DNA from: Octopus bimaculoides
Taxonomy: Eukaryota
Assembly: GCF_001194135.2 (NCBI RefSeq)
Contig: NC_068982.1
Location: 146,797,494 to 146,861,493, forward strand
DNA: 64,000 nt
Direction: 5' to 3'
In this document: positions 60,917 through 64,000 of the stretch, one piece after another
How positions within the stretch are numbered: position 1 is the stretch's first letter
How the letters are laid out: the number at the start of each line of letters is the position of its first letter
Notes under the pieces: generated by a model
The model's input: only the letters and a program-made list of their open reading frames with translations
Databases searched by the model: none
What the model was told of the DNA's origin: nothing
Made by a program: the position numbers and the translations under genes

Positions 60917-63900
60917 TCTTTATCCACAGCAATAACAAACTGTTTCATGCTTGACATGAAATGTAGGTAGGTTGATTTTTGTCGGTTGAACTAAAGGCTC
61001 TTCAACCACATTTAAAGATCCTGAAACGCTGTTCGCTTAAATCTAAACGTGATGGTAAAAAAAAATTGATCCCGTTTTTTGGATTCAGCTTATCAAAAAA
61101 CTTTCAAATCAGGTAAAAAGCGGTTACTCCTTGACATGCTTCGCCACAGGTCAATTTGATCAGTAAGACTTGACATGTTATTACTAACTTTCATTACTGA
61201 GGGTTTCGCAGCGTGCTTATTGTAGTTGATGATTAACCACAGATCAGTCGTGATTGGCCAGGGTCTTCTAAACATTGCCATTCCATTTATCTATCAAGTA
61301 TTGTTGGTCTTTTCGACCTTATCTAATATATCCTCTGTTACTAATTTGGCAGAATATGATTTGAGCGAGATTTCCAGCAGAATCCATCGTTGAAAGTTTG
61401 TAGTTTTATTGCATGACATTACTCTTATAATTGTTGTCAGTATAATATTTTCTCTCTGGCAGATTGTACTACGAGTTCAATGTTAATCTATTTGTAATAC
61501 AGCAATTTCGACAAGCTGCAAATTCTCCAGTTTGCATTTGTTTATAACTTCTCGGATTCTTCGCTCTTGACTCAGAGGAATATGAAGGAAGAGACAGCTG
61601 GAGTGGGTGAAAACAGCGTCAGTACTCAGCTGGATTTTTTTTAATGATGAAGTGCATTGATCGGAACTTAACTGGGGCTAAACATCAATGATGACAACAA
61701 TAGTAGAAGCAGGGGCAACTACTTCCCGTTCGGGTTTTGAAAATTAGTCGTACAGTTCCAAATGTGGTTCTGGTGGGGGTATTTCAATCCTCATGGCTCA
61801 CCATGAATTAACTGCTGTTTTTGCTGAAAAACCTTTTGCATGGTCGTATTTAGTTAAACATTCTTAAATTGAACCAGATACAAATGGTTTACACATTATA
61901 GGAAGCGTTTAAGACCGCCTGCTGTCAAAGTCTGTCTAAAATCACATGAAAATAAACCATTTAAGCCTTGAGACTAAAATAGTTGGTTAATATGTAAGTT
62001 AAGTATAACAAACATATGAATTTGCAAAATTAAAATGCTTGTTTTTCTTTCAGCACATTTGCGTCCGCAAGGGTTCTTATGCACTTGCAGTTTGACCCTC
62101 ATACAAAAACTTTTCCCAACCTTGCTTTAGAGAAAGGAGAAACTATGAAGTTGCAATGTTTATGTCATTCTTCCGTTTCAAGTACAGTGGCTGTAAACGT
62201 GGATCGAATTTATGTTTTAACTCAACCTTACCTTTATTTTTCATTTTTTCTTTCAAATCCAAGTTACACGGCCTTCACTGTTGCAGAGCATGTTCATATC
62301 TTGAAGTACCAGGTGGTCGCATAGTTGTCACATGAAGGTAACCTCTCTAGCTTTTTAGTACCGGCTCTATCCTCTGATTTTTCATCCCAACTTCACACTT
62401 TCCAGCTTTGTAGATTACTGGTAAGTTCACCATAATCTTAATAGATATTTGAATCCTAATATTGATTTACCATGCCATTTTATTTCTAACATTAAGTTTT
62501 AGCATTAACTTATTAATAGATAACGTTATTTTCTTTGATAAAAAAAAGAAAAAAACTGTATTACAAAACTTCATGTTTGTATCCCATGTGATTTGAGCTT
62601 TTTTAAGTATAAGAAATCATTTTTACAATATACTATTATTTTTAAGTCGCCAGTAAAGTTTTAGTCTTTATTTCACACTTCCAGCTTTCACATCGTTATT
62701 CCCTTTTCAGAATTGTTTTTCATTTCAACGGCTAGAACATAATCTTATTATTGTTGTGAATCTTCTTGTTAGTCAAACGAAGGTAAAGGAAGTGAAGAAA
62801 GCAGTAAAAAACAGTAAATAAGACATAAAAAGATAGAAGGTACAGGCAAGTTCCCCGAAAATATCAGGAGTTCACGAAGGAAGTTCATAAAAATGTAATA
62901 ATAATACAGCTGGCATTTGAAGATAAGAGCACATTCTGCAAATCTGAGTTGTATAGCCTGGATTGAAAGAAAGAAAAGAAAAAAGAGAGAGAAAGGAAAG
63001 GAAATGTTGAGTTCAAATTCTTTGGAAAATGTAGACAGAGCTGAACAAGTTTTCTTAGATAATGTATTCATTCAAACTTTAATTATTTTCATAATGAATT
63101 TTAAGGAAGGAAGCAAGTTTTTATTTTATTTGAAATATAAACGAAAGATATTTATGTGATTCTTTGTTGTTCTATTCCCACAAGTTATTTGACGAATTTT
63201 TCAAGAACAGACAGTATATAAGGAACGGCAAGCAAATTGTTCTTGAGTTGAATGTTGCGATTCGATATCAGTTACCAGCAAATAAAAAGGATTTCTCTTT
63301 GGGCATAACTATCTTAGGGAAAGGCATGTGACATACTAAGTTACATTTTTTGCCCGAAATTCCAGCATTTGCGCACATTTAGTCTAAATAAAATCAGCAT
63401 CAATATCGGGCAATTAGAGTAGTTCAGCAGAGCTCATTGAAATTTTAATCAATCACAAGAAGTGTCATTTATCTAGAATCTAGTTGCAGACGATAAATAT
63501 AGAATACCAATAGAAAATTTTGTACTGAATAACAACAGAAAATAACACTAGCATGTAACAGAACAATGAACAGCAGATAGCGTATAACATTTCAACCATA
63601 GGAAGCACTGCTCGAATCAAATTTCAGTCTAGTGTTCAAAATCTCAAAAGCAATGGGACAGCATGAACTAAGTTAAAAATTAAACCTTTGACCGTTTAAT
63701 TCTTTCCTTATATCTATTCCGTGGTCAGCAAGGTACAACTAACAGATAAGATTAAGCGGTATATTTGAATGCATAGTGCATAATACAATGAAACAACCAT
63801 TTAATTTCCATGGTTAAGAGTATATGCTATGGTGCCGTCAATTCTTAGGCCAGAAGTAGTATCAGCTTGAATAGTGGCAACTCACCTCGATATTTAGTCA

Positions 63901-63940
63901 AGACATAGGCACATACACTCTTAAATGGTAACTTAATATG

Positions 63941-63971
<31 letters not shown>

Positions 63972-64000
63972 ATGGATATATATATATATATATATATATA

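Noticed and set aside
62054-62425. ALEKGETMKLQCLC resembling an Ig strand, with several splice-like signals on both strands
   Set aside because: The Ig core Trp is absent and no consistent open exon is bounded by the signals.
62900-62990. KIRAHSANLSCIAW resembling a WD40 blade
   Set aside because: Weak acceptor, no donor, and the frame runs into A-rich low-complexity sequence. The opposite-strand acceptor gives no recognisable peptide either.

Overview
AT-rich, microsatellite-dense animal genomic DNA with many N gaps. The SINE and microsatellite content points to Octopus, probably a short-read assembly (inference). I found no recognisable host protein-coding gene, so the window looks intergenic or intronic. 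Nearly all long ORFs in the track are translations of simple repeats or gaps. The interpretable content is a transposon graveyard: (1) about 20 tRNA-derived SINE copies or fragments of several families; (2) two Tc1/mariner transposase copies, one full-length with TIRs and a DD41D (rosa-type) triad; (3) four MITEs (Tigger/pogo, hAT, mariner, piggyBac-like); (4) LINE fragments of the R4/Dong, CR1/L2 and L1/Tx1 types; (5) Penelope-like (GIY-YIG) fragments. The most interesting signal is non-coding. Two type I hammerhead ribozyme motifs can be folded by eye: 21653-21716 has an intact core and 9064-9120 has a U4C core change. Both have the very short palindromic stem III typical of Penelope-associated or retrozyme-type hammerheads, and several decayed relatives are scattered across the window. 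A few splice-signal-bounded candidate exons (19.2-23.3 kb) and promoter-type motifs are reported at low confidence. All calls are by eye, with no database search.
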